This document shows, one piece after another, positions 1-21,799 of a stretch of 64,000 bases of DNA. Position 1 is the stretch's first letter. The number at the start of each line of letters is the position of its first letter. Made by a program: the position numbers and the translations under genes. This DNA comes from the human T2T-CHM13v2.0 reference genome, Homo sapiens, in assembly GCF_009914755.1 (NCBI RefSeq), contig NC_060937.1. One strand, written 5' to 3'. Under the pieces are notes generated by a model. That model searched no databases, was not told the DNA's origin, and saw only the letters and a program-made list of their open reading frames with translations.

Positions 1-638
1 GCTTCCCTGTGGGGAGAGTGCCTCAGGATGGGCTGGCCCCTTCCCCACACCGCCTCACCTACCCAGCTGATTGGGCCACAGGTAAATCCTGTCCCTATGC
101 ACCTGGCCTGGGTAGCTTCCTTCCCACAGGACTGCAGAGACCTGTGTCCCTTTGGAGGGACCCCCACGCCATGCCATCCCCAGAACCCACAGCTGCACTT
201 CCCGGTGTGCAGCCATCGACCCTACCTTCCCCTCAATCTCTCCGTCGCCCTGTGGGGGAGGCACTTTACAGATGACAGATTTGAGGTTACATAGATGGTC
301 AGCAGCAGGGCTGACCCTGAGCAGATCCTGCATCAGTTTCCTTTTCCACAAAAATTTGGATTAGCAATATGGCCTTGCTGGTCTCTGGACCCATGGGTGT
401 GTCTGTAGGCAGAACAAGGTAACACAGGGGCTACAAGTGGCATGTGTCTGTGTCCACGTGGGAATGTTGGGAATGCTCATGAATTCTCACTGGGAAAAGG
501 AGACAGAGCCTCAATTTTAACAATTTCCAGATACAAATATAATGGCCTCAAATCACATAAAAGAAAGAAGAAAGTTCTTCCTCACCAGCAAACCAAAGCC
601 ATACAAATTAAGCACCTGGGAGGCAGAGGAAGAATGTG

Positions 639-641
<3 letters not shown>

Positions 642-703
<62 letters not shown>
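642..703. repeat. (GT)n microsatellite
   Basis: Perfect GT run of about 31 units. Confidence 0.97.
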
Positions 704-706
<3 letters not shown>

Positions 707-3479
707 GTGGGGTGGGGGCTGACATCAATGATGACCCCAAGACATCCCCAGTCTCAGTGGTTTTAACATTGCTAAAACTCCTTCCTGTCATCTTCCAGCA
801 GTCAGAGGACTTACTCATCGAAACAGCTGAGGTTGGCAAAAGAATTTGCACCCATTAGGTTGGCAAAGAATTTGCAAAGTGAGCATCAGGGCTGGGTGGA
901 GGATGAGAGGTGACCAGATGGTTAGGGGGACAGCTCCTAAAGTCAAGGATCCTACAGGTGGCAGTGCTCCCTGATCCAGGAGCTCTATATCTGTCTCCAT
1001 CTTAAGGAGAAAACATCGTGGAGACAGGATGTCACTCATGATGTGTTACAACCAAGAGCAAAAATCTAGGACTCTCCAAAGGAATAACAGCATGTGCACA
1101 GGACGGGCCATGGAGCTGCCAGGAAATATAATTAGCAACAAAAGGGATTTTCATGATCTGTTGAGTATAAAAGGATATAAATGGCATCCACAGCACAAAC
1201 TCAATTTTCTGAGATATATTTTATATGCACACACAAAAAGACCAGAAGGAAATGTGAGCAGTGGGAGAATGGGTAAGTTTCATTGTTCCTTTCCATTTCT
1301 GAGTTTCTAATTTTCTGTGGAGAAAAAGCCCATGATACATCATGGTATTTGAGAGGGAGGATCCTAAAATCTAAGCCCTGGAGCTAAATCTGCCGTCGAT
1401 GCTGGGGGAAATCACTCCACCACTCTGCCTCAGTTTGCTCACCCATAAAATAGAAAGAAACACATCTTTCCCTACCTCAAAGGAGACCAGAATGCAACAG
1501 CAGCCCCCATGCATGCCCTCTGGCTGGTTTATGCTCTTCCTGCGCAGTAGGGCTGTCTATGTCCACAGCCTTATGCCCTGTGCCCTCTAAAACCCTGAGT
1601 CAGGTCTGAGCTGGAGCATCCTGCAGCCCTCCTCCTGCAGCAGCCCCAGCTGGTTTCCAGGCACATAGGCCTTGGGGCCTGCACTTCCTCCTCCGGCAAC
1701 AGCCTCCATGCAGTGACACAGTCCAGTGTGCCCAGAACACAGTCCGGCCAGCACCTGCAGCAGCCCGAAGCTGCACAGTTACACACAGCTGTCTGGGTGT
1801 GGCGCCCCCTGTTCCACCACCTCTTGGAAGTCTTCCTGGATGCACCAGGAATTTCCTGCTGGCCAGCAACGTCCTCGGCCTTTGGGTGCACCTAGATGAA
1901 GTCCTGGAGGGTGCTGGCCACATCAGGAGGTAGGGGCATGGCAGCTGAATGCAGCCAGGTTGAAGGCAATGGGAGGCTGGAAGTGCTCAGGACAAGGTGC
2001 TGGTCCCCCCTTGGCAGAGGCAGGCCACGAGATCCTTGGCTGACATCATGCCGATGGTCCTGATAGACCCATGTCCAGTCCTCATGACACCTTGGGGACG
2101 GAGAGTGCGGTCAATGCACAGGGGTCAGCCAGTCCATACCCCCGTGGCCACCCATGCCCAGCCTCAAGCCACCTCCTGCTCTCCCCCAGTGAGACCCCAG
2201 GTTCAGTGTAGATCCCACTGCATGAAAACTGGAGGATCCAGTCGTTAAGGGGCATTTGTGGTGCTCCCTGAGTAGGTGGTCTCCATGGCCTGGGGTTGGG
2301 GTCTACCAGGCCCACTCCCAGCCCACTGTTTACCTCGTGGGCCTCAGCTTCCTCCTCTGCAGAATGGGACGCTGACCCTGCCCAGCTTAGTTCCCTCTAA
2401 GAACACCTGACCCCTGAGTGCCCACATGGGCAGGGTCTGGGTGGCCTGCGGGGTTAGGACCCAGCTATAGGACCCCTACCCCCACCCCTTACCCGTCCCA
2501 GCACTGGGCCAAGCAGGAAGGCAGAACTCCCCAACCCCAACCAGTCAATGCGGGAGCCTTCTCAGCTGGACCCAGGGCCACACCTCTGCCCACCGGCTCA
2601 CACCTGGGCCATGCAAGGCGGGGTGGATGCACCTGCCTGGCCCTTGAGCGCGTGGGGGAGCCACCGTTGCCCACTTGGGAGGCTCAGTTCTGAGGTCGGG
2701 ATTCCAGGCACTCCCTTCTCCCCCATTCCGAAACCTCCTGACTGGAAGAACTCTCTCGGCACAGCCTTTTCTTTCAGGGTCCCAAAGTGCCTGTGAGCAG
2801 GCAGCTCCTGATCTCCTCTGTGACACCCACAGACTCAAAGACACCCATATGCTCACTCATGCAGACAGGCGCTCTCGCCTGTGGCTCTGAGGCTGAGCCG
2901 GCTTTGCCTTGGTGAAGGACAAGGCCCTGGCGACCCAGATTCTCTCGTGGGTGGCTGGGGACAGAAGGGCGGTGGCGCGCTGGGCTGGCTGGAGGGCTCA
3001 GGCTCCGGCGCGAGTCCTGCAAGGATGCTGCCTCCAAGTGTGCTTGTGGGTGGCGGATCCCAGGGCCTGCCGGGAGAGTGTCCACTCCTCAGGAGGCCTG
3101 GCTGCTCAGCGGCGCCCCTCTGTGGCGAGACTCGCCCAGGCCCATGTCCGGCCCATCTCGCCCCAGCCAGGCTCCCCTGGGCAGCCTCAGGACAGAGAAC
3201 CCTGAATTCAGAGGGAGGCTGGAGGTGTGGGGCCTCTAGGCACTTGCAGGGTGGAGCTACCCCACACCCAGGGCTCACCCTCAGACCTACCCAGGCGTCT
3301 CCAGCCTCACGCTCCCAGAGGTAAGGAAGGGGCTTCAGGAAGGTGGGGGCTACCTCCCCGCCCAGTACCGTCAGGCTCTGAATTCGTACCTGGGAACTCT
3401 GCCTTGGCTGACTTGGGGACCCCTTCACTGCTCAGCCTTCCCCTCTCTTCCTGCCGGGCGGTCCACCTAAGCTCCCTGA

Positions 3480-4395
3480 CTCTTCCCACGCGGCCCTGGG
3501 TCCCCTCCCCACAGGCTGTTCCCTGCACCCGCGGGTGGGACTGGACCTTTCCCTGCACGTCCAGTCTGTTTCCCGCGGTCTTCCTCCGTCTGACCCTGGC
3601 AGCCCGCTCCTCTGGCCCCGGGCTGTGTGGGGACCGCTTTCCCCCAGGCCCGTCGTCAGTGTCCTGAGCTCCGCCGACTCCCGCCCATTGGCGTCGCAGG
3701 CCTGGTGACAAGCTGTCGCTGGCATCTAGGGCTCCTGGGACTCAGGCACATGGAGCTCCCTCGGGGCCAAATTTGTGTCACGCGCAGGGACACCGGAGGC
3801 GCGTGCACAGTCCGTGTAACGGCTTTGCTTGGCGCGTCTCCGTTTCTCTTCTGAGGGGCTGAGAGTCGCGGAGTTTCCTAGTTGGAGGCTGTGGCGGACG
3901 CGATTTGCTTCCTCATATAGGGTTCCGGAGGCGGCGAAAAGTCCAGCGGGTCTCCGAAGCCGGTAGACGGAGCCATGAAGAAGACGTCGGGCTTCAGGAG
4001 GGGGAAGGGCGGGCTGCCCTGGGGCTCGGTCAGCAGCCCCGGGAAGGTGGGCGCGGGCGCCGGGAGTGAGAGTGCGGACCACGCCTCCTCCCAGCCCAGG
4101 CGCCACGACCCGGACAAGGGGTTCGACAGGCTCCGCAGAGCTGCCGGCCGACACCGGACAGAGACGATGCGGCGGATCCTTTCTCTGCCGAAGAGTGGCG
4201 TGGATGACAGAGACGAGAAGAACAGGTAATAGGAACTGGAGCCCGGCAGGGGAGGGAGGAGGGCGGGTCGGGGTGAGGCCCCCTTTCCTGCTCCCGGCTC
4301 ACCCCTGTCCCCGAGGGCGCTGGGCTTTGTTCCCTCTGCAGCCCGCAGCAGCCGGTGTGGCAACCTCAAGGTCATCATTATGAGCAGCGCGACAA
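3480..4395 (+). promoter_or_regulatory. CpG island / promoter of the ANKRD26-like pseudogene
   Basis: High GC and dense CpG, ATTGG (CCAAT reverse) at about 3687 and GC boxes, immediately upstream of and spanning exon 1; drops abruptly to AT-rich sequence at about 4400. Confidence 0.8.
3975..4225 (+). pseudogene. ANKRD26-like exon 1 (coding part)
   Basis: GAGCCATG start; MKKTSGFRRGKGGLPWGS...RILSLPKSGVDDRDEKNR resembles ANKRD26 MKKIFSKKGESPLGS...QILLLRKNGLNDRDKMNR; donor AG|GTAAT at 4226 (phase 2). Confidence 0.9.
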
Positions 4396-4721
4396 ACAAA
4401 ACTTTAGCTGGTCCGATCCTCTCATAATTCCCGTTACTTTACTGAAAGTTTTAGTGCTTTAACTAAAAAAAATTAAACATACCTAGCTTTTTTTTTATTG
4501 TACACATTTTAAACAATGTTATATATGCTGTGGAAACAAGCATCATGAGAAAAATAATTTCTATATTATATTAACTTCTGGGCTAAAAATTCTTTGGATA
4601 AAAATCTAATATCCCTTTTGTATCCACCTACACCTGAGTAATAAGTTATTTCATGAATGACCTCAGAAGGATCCTTTGAAGTGAGAGCATGGTTCCCTGT
4701 TCTTGAATAGGAAGACTAATC

Positions 4722-4727
4722 TTTCCT

Positions 4728-4796
<69 letters not shown>

Positions 4797-4890
4797 TTTC
4801 TTTCTTCCTTCCTTTCTTTCTTTCTTTCTCTCTTTTTCTTTTCTTTCCTTCCTTCCTTCCTTCCTTCATTCCTTCTTTCTTTCTTTTTTT
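4722..4890. repeat. (TTTC)n/(TTCC)n simple repeat derived from L1 poly(A) tail
   Basis: Visible tetranucleotide array abutting an L1 3' end. Confidence 0.93.
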
Positions 4891-5349
4891 TTTATTATAC
4901 CTGAAGTTCTGGGTTACATGTGCAGGACGTGCAGTTTTGTTACATAGCTATAACACGTGCCATGGTGGTTTGCTGCGCTCCTCAACCCATCACGTACATT
5001 AGCTATTTCTCCTCCCCTAGCCCCCCACCGCCCCCGACAGGCCCTGGTGTGTGATGTTCCCCTCCCTGTGTCCACGTGTTCTCATTATTCAACTCCCACT
5101 TATGAGTGAGAACATGCGGTGTTTGCTTTTCTGATCTCGTGATAGTTTGCTGAGAATGATGGTTTCCAGCTTCATCCACGTCCCTGCAAAGGACATGAAC
5201 TCATCCTTTTTTATGGCTGCATGGTATTCCATGTGGTGTATAGATGGTGCCACATTTTCTTAATCCAATCTATCACTGATGGACATTTGGGTTGGTTCCA
5301 AGTCTTTGCTATTGTGAATAGTGCCGCAATATACATATGTGTGCATGTG
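4890..5349 (-). mobile_element. 5'-truncated L1PA 3' end (about 460 bp)
   Basis: L1PA 3'UTR reverse complement (TTATTATAC...TACATGTGCAG...CCCACTTATGAGTGAGAACATGCGG); imperfect TSD GGAAGACT(A/C)AT at 4710 and 5350. Confidence 0.9.
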
Positions 5350-7589
5350 GGAAGACTCATTTTTCTCAAGATGTGAACTCTTCATTTTAGATAAACCAAA
5401 TAAAAACATCATGGTTTTAAGATTTTTGGGTTACATATGCTACCTTTTACTGTTATGATGACATTAAGAAAATTTTTGTAAAAGAGCAAAGACTTGCCCT
5501 TTGATATATCAAAGTGTGATATTAAGTTCCATTTGCTAAAAGATGAGAAGACAGATAAATGTGTGGAACAGAATAAAAAATGCACAAACACTGAACTATA
5601 TGTAAAATTTTAGAACCTGATCCTGATGACATTTCATATGTGTATGAAAAGATGAGTTATTTGTAAATGAAATGTCTGTTAACCGGAGAAAACTAGCTAG
5701 ATTTGTACATTACAAAAATAAGTTATTGATAGAATATGCATAAAAACTTATACAAAATTAGAAAATGCCAGAATAGAACACGAATGCCTATTTATACAGA
5801 TACATTTTTATGTTGACAAAGACCTTCCTATGAATGCATTCTGCAGGTTGATTTAGAAAACAAAAATTAAAACTCCCCTTACATCAGAAAAAAATTAACA
5901 AAAGACAACATACTTGCAAAATAGTCACATTATATACATAAATATAGACATATATTATTTGCAATGAAAAATGTATTTTCCTTTTACAGAGAATTTTTTT
6001 AAAGAAATAGGAACTATAATTTAAAATTGGTCAAAGTACTTTTTCCAGATCTACTAGTGATCTGGAAAATCAGTAGTACTTATACCAGTGCTTAAAGTTT
6101 AAGTTACTGTTAACTTTTTAAATAAACAATTTGGTGGCGAACATCACTCTGAAAAAGGCATGTATTCTTTACTCATGAATTCCGTTATACTAAAATATTT
6201 TCAGGAAATAATTAGAGATGCATACAATTCATTTTTCTCAGCACTGCTTCCAATAGCAATGTATTAAGGAGAGGACAAATAAAGGATTTTATAAATAAAT
6301 TTCAGTGCATCCATAGGATGAAATTATGTGTAACTACTGAACGTAGCAATAGACATGGATGTATGTTGACATGGGAAGATGTACTTTGGTATATGAGGTG
6401 AGAAAAAATCGATTTGTTTATACAAACACACAAACAGAATGGTCTTGTGGTAGCCAAAAGTATACACAAAATGTGATAAAATTTTGTTATTTTGGGACAT
6501 TTGTATTACAGGTGATTTATTTTCCTTTTTCTTATTGTGATATCCACAATGAGCATGTATAACAGGTTTAGTGAAAGTTTATTATTACTGAAATAATCCT
6601 AGGTAAGAACAGGAATATGAAACTTGAACAGATAAAAATAAGTTCTTGCTTTCTATTAATTTTTTTTTGTGGATTGGTATCTTCTGCCAAGGTTTAGCCT
6701 CTTCAGAAATAGAGGGACTCTTTTAATCTGTGCTGGTAGATTGTATTGTGTATACTCTTTATCATATACATGTCTTTTATTATGGATAGATTTATTACAT
6801 ACATGCAAACAATTATAATTTAATAATTTTATTTTAGTGGTGTCCTTATGAAAATAAAAAATAGCAAATATAAATCATTTCTATTGCACAAATGTTACTT
6901 ATCTTTACTAGTTTTCTGTAAAAATATTGAACTCCTCAAATATATTTACGTAGTCTTTTAATCCATTTATTCACCAAATGTGACCTGAATACCCACTGTG
7001 TATTCTACTCTCTCTCAGAACCTTTCCAAGCTTAAAAAATTTATGTTTACCTACCCAATTTGAGCAAGTTGAGAGAATTAAAATTGGACTATTAGGACTT
7101 AATCTAAGTTGAAGCTTTTCCTCCCTCCTTTCAAACAAAAGCATTTCTGAAGGTAGAAAGTTGTAAAAGATAACCTTGAAACTATCCTTTTGAAAATTTA
7201 TAACAGTGTTTCTCTTTTCTTAATTTCAACTTTTATTTGAGATACAGAGGGCACATATGCAGATATCATACATGGGAACATTGAGTGATGGTGAAGTTTG
7301 GAGGACAGATCGCATCACTCTTGCCATGAGCATAGTACCTGGTAGTAGTAATTTAACCCACTCCCTTATAGAAGTCTTAAAGACTAATATTAATCATTGA
7401 TAATATCTGATTTACTTATATCATATAAATCAAAATATTGAATAAAATGAGCCATGCTTATTCATTTGAATTTTGATGTTTCTTTGGCCTAAAGTTTTCT
7501 GAAAGCCAAGTAAGAATAGTTTTTTGGTAAAAATGTGTCATTATTATCTCAGCCATTTTTTTTCGCTGTTCTTTTTTGGGTTGTCTTCC

Positions 7590-8660
<1,071 letters not shown>

Positions 8661-9712
8661 TTGGGTGGTGGGGAACGTGTCTGTACTGGGGACAGATGAC
8701 TGAGACTACACGTAGTTTGTTTACCGGAAGGAGGGAAATAGCTCCTACTCTTGATCATTTGAACCCATTTTTTGGAATGGGTGCTTTCATACATGGAAGA
8801 CTTCAATGTTGGAGACTGTCATTGAGTCCTAGAGGGATCTGTAAGTAGGAGCCCATAGGAAAGAAGAACTTGAGATAGCAATTGGGAAAAACAGAGATAC
8901 AGCTTTCAGGACTCTATTTTTCCAGCAGTCTCTCTCCTTGGGTATCAGAGCATCTGTGAAGATTCTCAAGGGCTTGCTAGTTGATGTGGACCTGAACTAG
9001 GCAGGACCTACGCAGGGAACATAATTAAAGTTTATCTTTGCTAAGGTTTTAATCTTTCTGCAAAGCATATTTCCAATAATGACATAGACACTTGTTCCTT
9101 TAACTTTCGTACATTGAGCTGTCAAGCATTTCAGACATTTCAGCGAACTGCCTACACTGTTTTAGGGTAAAGGGCAGCAATAGGGCCTACTTAAGTGGTT
9201 TCCATGCTGAAGAACCAAGACTGCCATTTTTGAGTGGCACAGATTAGCCTTTGAACCAGAGACAGGTAATGGAGAAGACACAGTGTCTCTTTCTTACCTT
9301 GTTTTAAGTGATCAATTGGTTCCAATTCAGGTAACAAAGGTTATGTCACTCATTAATTGGATATTGAATTCAGCCTTCAGGACAGACACTTCTGAAGACA
9401 AATTATTCTCAGGCTCTGCCAATATATTGCTGGTCACTATTTGTTAAGGAACTAAGGGTGAGTCTTCATTGAACATTTCATAGATTGGGAAAGGTGGAGG
9501 CAGAAATAGGTAACTAAAATCTTTTTGAAAAAGAGGCCGATTTTAATTATATTAAGGAATATTATCTATTGTATAGGTAGCTGACCTTTCCCCAGATTTT
9601 GTTTTTGTTTTTGTTTTTTTTGGTGGGGGGTGATACCCAGACACAAAACAAATAATTTTTTTTTTTAAGAGAAGTGAACTCACTCATTTTTATTGTATGT
9701 TTTTATCTTTAG

Positions 9713-9785
9713 GCTGTCCAACGAACAGAGTTCTGGTGACTCATGGCTTTCAATAGATGATGAACTCTTTGATTCTGGTACCAAG
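9713..9785 (+). pseudogene. ANKRD26-like exon
   Basis: TTTAG|G...AAG|GTAAAG; LSNEQSSGDSWLSIDDELFDSGTK vs ANKRD26 LSGKPGVDDSWPTSDDEDLNFDTK. Confidence 0.85.
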
Positions 9786-10382
9786 GTAAAGTGCTCTTTT
9801 GTGAAATAAATTTTCTTGCTCTGAATCTAGTTTTGCACAGTATTTACTCTTCAACTGTGGCAGCGGTCTACCTATAATTGTTTTACAGTCTTGGGGAATA
9901 GTTGGTCAGAAAAAAAACATATTATAGAAATATGACTATTTGAATTTCCTTTACTTTTTTCTTTGGAAAATGGGAAAGGGTGCTAAATACTTAGAGGAAT
10001 TGGGGGCTGAAAAATGGCATGAACTGGGAAATACATAGTGACAGGAAAACTGTATGTGGAAAAGCTTTCCCACAGTAGAGGAAACTTGAAATTTGGTCAG
10101 GGTTTATTTGGTGAGTATTCTCACAGGAACTTTTCAGTCATACTATTGTGATCTTTATAATCCATGTGCTTGAATACCTTTTAATGGGTTCAATTACTCA
10201 TTATAGTAACCATAGAATGTCCCCGGGGTCTTTCAGTTCCAAAACAGTAAAGCACATATCATATGGTTTCCTTTTACTTTCTTGGATGCTTACTGTGGGA
10301 TGACACAGTTTTTAGTAGGAAACTTTTTCTCTCTTTGGTCCTTGGTTCTGTAATTAGACTCCAATAACATTGTGGACATGTA

Positions 10383-10499
10383 GCTGGGCATGCTGGCACA
10401 TGCCTGTAGTCCCAGCTCTTTGGAAGGCTGAGGCAGTAGGATCACTTGAGTCCAGGAGTTCCAGACCAGCCTGGGCAACATAAGAAGACCTCACCTCTA
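10383..10499 (+). mobile_element. Alu left monomer (FLAM-like)
   Basis: GCTGGGCATGCTGGCACATGCCTGTAGTCCCAGC...CAGCCTGGGCAACA. Confidence 0.8.
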
Positions 10500-10500
10500 G

Positions 10501-17649
<7,149 letters not shown>

Positions 17650-19069
17650 TAGTTTTTCTTTTAACATGGAAATTCAGAAATTTAAAATTTCTGTCTCAAA
17701 ATCTGTATTACAAAGAGATTCCCATGTGTTTCCTAAGCCATTCTATGAAGAATATATTTAAAACTCTTCATCTAATTGAGCATACACGTTTTTCCTCAAG
17801 TAACAACCAGCTCCAGAAGCAGAGACTGTTAATAACCATGTGGTAAGACTTTAATTTCAAACACTTTTTGCCCTGTATTATAAAAAATATTCACAGAGCA
17901 TCTTTGTATCATAGTTTAAAGTATCAAATTTCAGAAGTTTTTGTATTTCATTGTTTACATAATCATTTTAAAGATCCTGCACCACTGTGAGCTACTGAAT
18001 GTTACGAAACATATTCTTGTGTATCCTAATGTACCTAAGGTCTTGCATGTAAGAAGTGTTTTAATCATTTTTGAACATGAAGAAATGAGCAGACAAGTAA
18101 ATTTCTATATAATAGAATGTTATAGGTAGTATAACATGCACAAGATATCTAATAATAAGATCTATCGCATTTCCAAAATGGGGCTTAAATTAATGTTTAG
18201 GATATAAGTTCACATGAATTATGCAAATATGTTATAAATAAGAAGGAAATAAATTAGAAATATGTCATCAGTAGGAAAGCAGATTACAGTATATTTTCTA
18301 ATATCCTCTAACTGTAAGCTCAGATTTGGATTTTAGATGAAAATTTCTTAAGCTTTCTTTTAGCCCCAACCTATGCTCTTTTAAATATATCTTTTCAGGT
18401 TGTATGTTACTCTTTATAATTTTGATTTCCTATGATTTCTCCTGGTGGAATATTGATGAAACATTTCTTTTCTCTTTTATCTCTCTGTAGTAATAATGTT
18501 CCAGCTTTCACATAGTGGTAGATGACCATGTTTACCTGAATGAATGTCTTATTTTGTAGAAAGAAAATTGAAGTCTTTATTACAGAAATACTTACAAAAA
18601 AATTGTAAATTCTAATCAGTATTTTTAGGGCTATCCTATGACCAAAAGTCTCCATATAGATCTGTACTTCTCCATGTACCTTACTGTAGTTAATATCATA
18701 AGAATGACATTCATAAATATTATCTCCTAAGTATGTCTAATGAAAAAATTTGGGAAGAAATGTGAAATCCTTTTGTAAACTGTGAAGTGTGTATACAAGT
18801 GTAGGACAAAATGATCACGGTGGGATTCAGCGATTTAGTAAATATTGAAGATTCTTTTTGTAAACCTGAACAATGAAATGGCAGTAGTGTCGAAAAAAAA
18901 AAATAGAAATTTAGAACAGGCATGTCGATTTCTACTTTGGTTTATGTTAAGTTTCAGCAGACTATGACTGGGAATATCCTAAGGGAATCTAGTGATTTGG
19001 CACTTGAGACCTTTCTGATGAGATTGTAAGTGTTTTTGACCTTGGAAGAATTTCTGTTCTTGACTCCTG

Positions 19070-19390
19070 ACTGTGTGCTAGGCAGTGAGACACTGAATGT
19101 ACAAGATGAGGCTTATGATAGAGTAGTAAGAGCAGAAAATCAAGTAAAGAACAAACACTTCTAAGTCACTATAAATGCTTCCTATAAAGAAAACAGAGAA
19201 TGTTAGGTTAGGGCACATTGAAGAAGTGCGTAGTTAGGATGGGGGCCGGAATGGGAGTAGAACTGTGTTCTCAGAGAAGATCTTTCTGAGTGTGACATTT
19301 AAGCTACCAACTAGAGGACAAGAAGCAGCGAGCCATGTGAAAGTCTAGAAGGAGGATATTCTGGACAGAGAGAACAATGGGTCACATCTG
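19070..19390 (+). mobile_element. Degenerate L2 fragment
   Basis: TGTGCTAGGC...GTGACATTTAAGCT...AGCCATGTGAAAGTCT...AGAGAGAACA motifs typical of L2. Confidence 0.5.
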
Positions 19391-20239
19391 TTTTTCATTT
19401 TGTTCTCAACATCCAAAAAGCAGGAAGTACGGTAAGCATCCTCGTCCTCATATGTATTATTAGAATGTGTAGAAAAGAGAATGTGTAAATAAGGGCCTGG
19501 GACTGTTTAGATGCTTCATAATAAATGTTCCTCTCCTTCCCTTTTTACTAACTCTTGCTATACTTTCTTGAAGTTATTTCTTAATTGGGAAAGAATGGCA
19601 TACTATATCTAATATTTGCTTGCTTTTATTTAAACAAGGCATAAAGAAAAGGCTTCTTACTATTTTGCCATTTTTCCTGTCAGTAAAAATTTTACCAAAA
19701 ATATTTTGAGTTTTCCAAGCCCTTCCTCACCTAAATAAAGCAGCTTTGACAATGTTCTGCTTACACTCAACGTAACATACCCTGAAGTTACCTATCATGC
19801 CGAGTATCTTATTTTAACACTAAGATCATTTATGTAATTAGAAATATTTTAAATATGAATGTTGTAAGTATTATACCAATTGTGTGTGTTTTTTTTAATG
19901 CCCTGTTATTGTTGGTAGTGAACGCAAAGTTGAGTTAGGTGTTTGAAGTTAGTTCCTTGCTGACATATACAGAAGAGCTAATATTGTATCTGTGACTATG
20001 TTTCCTTTGGCTTTCTATGTTCAGTTTACAGAGTCAATAGCCATATGGAGATAAAATATTTGCTTGATCTGGAGAACATATATGAGTTTCTCTGTTGAAA
20101 TATTTTGGTTTTCAATACATGCTTTCCTTACTTCTAGGTCTCATTGCTTTTAAATCAGGAAATTCAGAACATGTTTAGGAAATATTGAGAAATTCATTGT
20201 TTTTTCACTGAAACTCATTATTCATTATAATTTCAACAG

Positions 20240-20333
20240 ACTACCTTTGAGAATGTTCCACAGAAATATGATAGTCACTTAACTGGAGCTGATGATGGTC
20301 AAAGAGGAAAAATTACAATAAAGGAACAAGAAG
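20240..20333 (+). pseudogene. ANKRD26-like exon
   Basis: CAACAG|ACT...GAAG|GTAAG; TTFENVPQKYDSHLTGADDGQRGKITIKEQE vs ANKRD26 SISENFPQKYVDPLAGAADGKEKNIGNEQAE. Confidence 0.85.
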
Positions 20334-21131
20334 GTAAGAACTGTATTTTATTTAAAAATTTGACAGAATGTTTAAAAACATGAGCTCTGTTATGTTCTAG
20401 TAGCCAAGGAAAATAAGGTATTAAGTGCATAGTCAAAAAAAGAGAAGTGAAATAGTGATATGTTGTATATTTTGTAAGGCATTAGCAACCAATTTAATTG
20501 AGAGTGCCACTAAAGGAGCTGAATCATTAGTTCCAATTCAAGATACTGTAAGACCTGAGGAAAGTCAGAAAATAAGGAAGAAGAAAAGAGTAAATGAAGG
20601 AATGAAGAGTGAAAAGGCGGAGAGTACAGGGAGTAAATGAGGGAAAAAGATATATGCAATGAAGGGCGATAGAGTAAGATAATTATTTGAGGAGAATATA
20701 AAGTGAGCTTCCAGTACCGAAACTTGTCAGAGAATTCAAGCAAAATGTTGCCACTCTTGCTGTTTTCCTTACTTTTGGGAATGCATTAAGGATGGAGGTA
20801 CCTGACCACACAGAGCTATGTTTCATCTGCGATAGAGGAATGTAATGTATGGTCAGCCGTGCATAAATTACATGTCTATAATTTAATGTGCTATAAAATC
20901 TTGTTACTTCATGGGACAGTATCTTAGGGGCCAAAAGAAGAGCATTGGAAAGAAGAGGGTAGGATTAATTATGGAAAGATCAAGGAAGCTATAGCCTGAT
21001 AAAAAGTTCATTAGTAACTTTACGACTTGTAATGCAGCTTAGATTTGGAGGACGTGATAGGGTGGAGCTTGAGGCTGGATTCCAAAAGGGCAGGTTGAGG
21101 TTAACTAATGTGGGAGCACACTCAGTATAGA

Positions 21132-21278
21132 CCAGAGCTTCCCAAATTTTAACAAATCAGCTGAGGACCTTGTTGGAAGTGCAGATTCTGATTCCACAAG
21201 TCTGCGATTCTGTATTTCTAATAAGATCTCAGGTGATGCCGACCCTTCTTGTCCTAGGACCACACTCTCAGTAGCAAG
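21132..21278. mobile_element. MER5-family hAT DNA transposon relic
   Basis: GCAGATTCTGATTC...TTCTGTATTTCTAATAAG.TCTCAGGTGATGC...GGACCACACT. Confidence 0.65.
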
Positions 21279-21799
21279 GGTATAGCTGTGCCTTCAGAGA
21301 AATCTCGAAGAAGAGCCCTTGGATCACCACTCAAGACATAACAGGATCAAGGGAAAGCATGATTTTCCTTTTATTTCTGAGCGTGTCTCTGGCCAGAGGG
21401 GAAGGAGAAAGAGATGAAGAAACAGAAATCATCATTGGAAGATACTACTGCTAAATGAAGAGAAGAGAAGTCATGGGAATAGTCCATCAAAAGGCGGCAG
21501 AAAGGTCAGAATCAGGACAACAGATCTAGAGACTACTTTTGCAAAGGAAGAGGGATTGTGAGTGGAGGAGGAGGGAGGAAAGAAAGAAGTTGGCTAGTTA
21601 ATTTTGGAGTTGATAATAGGGAAACTTGAGAGCTGTCACTTCTAGTGACTGCAATATATTGGCACTCAAACAGAAGATTAGGTGATTGCTGTTCCAGGAA
21701 TTACTGGAAGGAGGGAGTGCTAGAATGGGGGTAAACCACAGGAACTAATTTCTTCTCTCTGTAACTATCAGACATCAAAGATGCATGTTTTGTTGATAT

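Noticed and set aside
542-858. CVCV/HTHT ORFs, and the similar KERK ORF at 4663-4869 and Alu-derived ORFs
   Set aside because: Translations of microsatellites and Alu sequence.
830-878. Short direct repeat AGGTTGGCAAA(A)GAATTTGCA
   Set aside because: Two-copy local duplication with no further structure.
2418-4399. Many overlapping 70-190 aa ORFs on both strands
   Set aside because: Expected in GC-rich, stop-poor CpG-island sequence; only 3975-4225 has recognisable homology.
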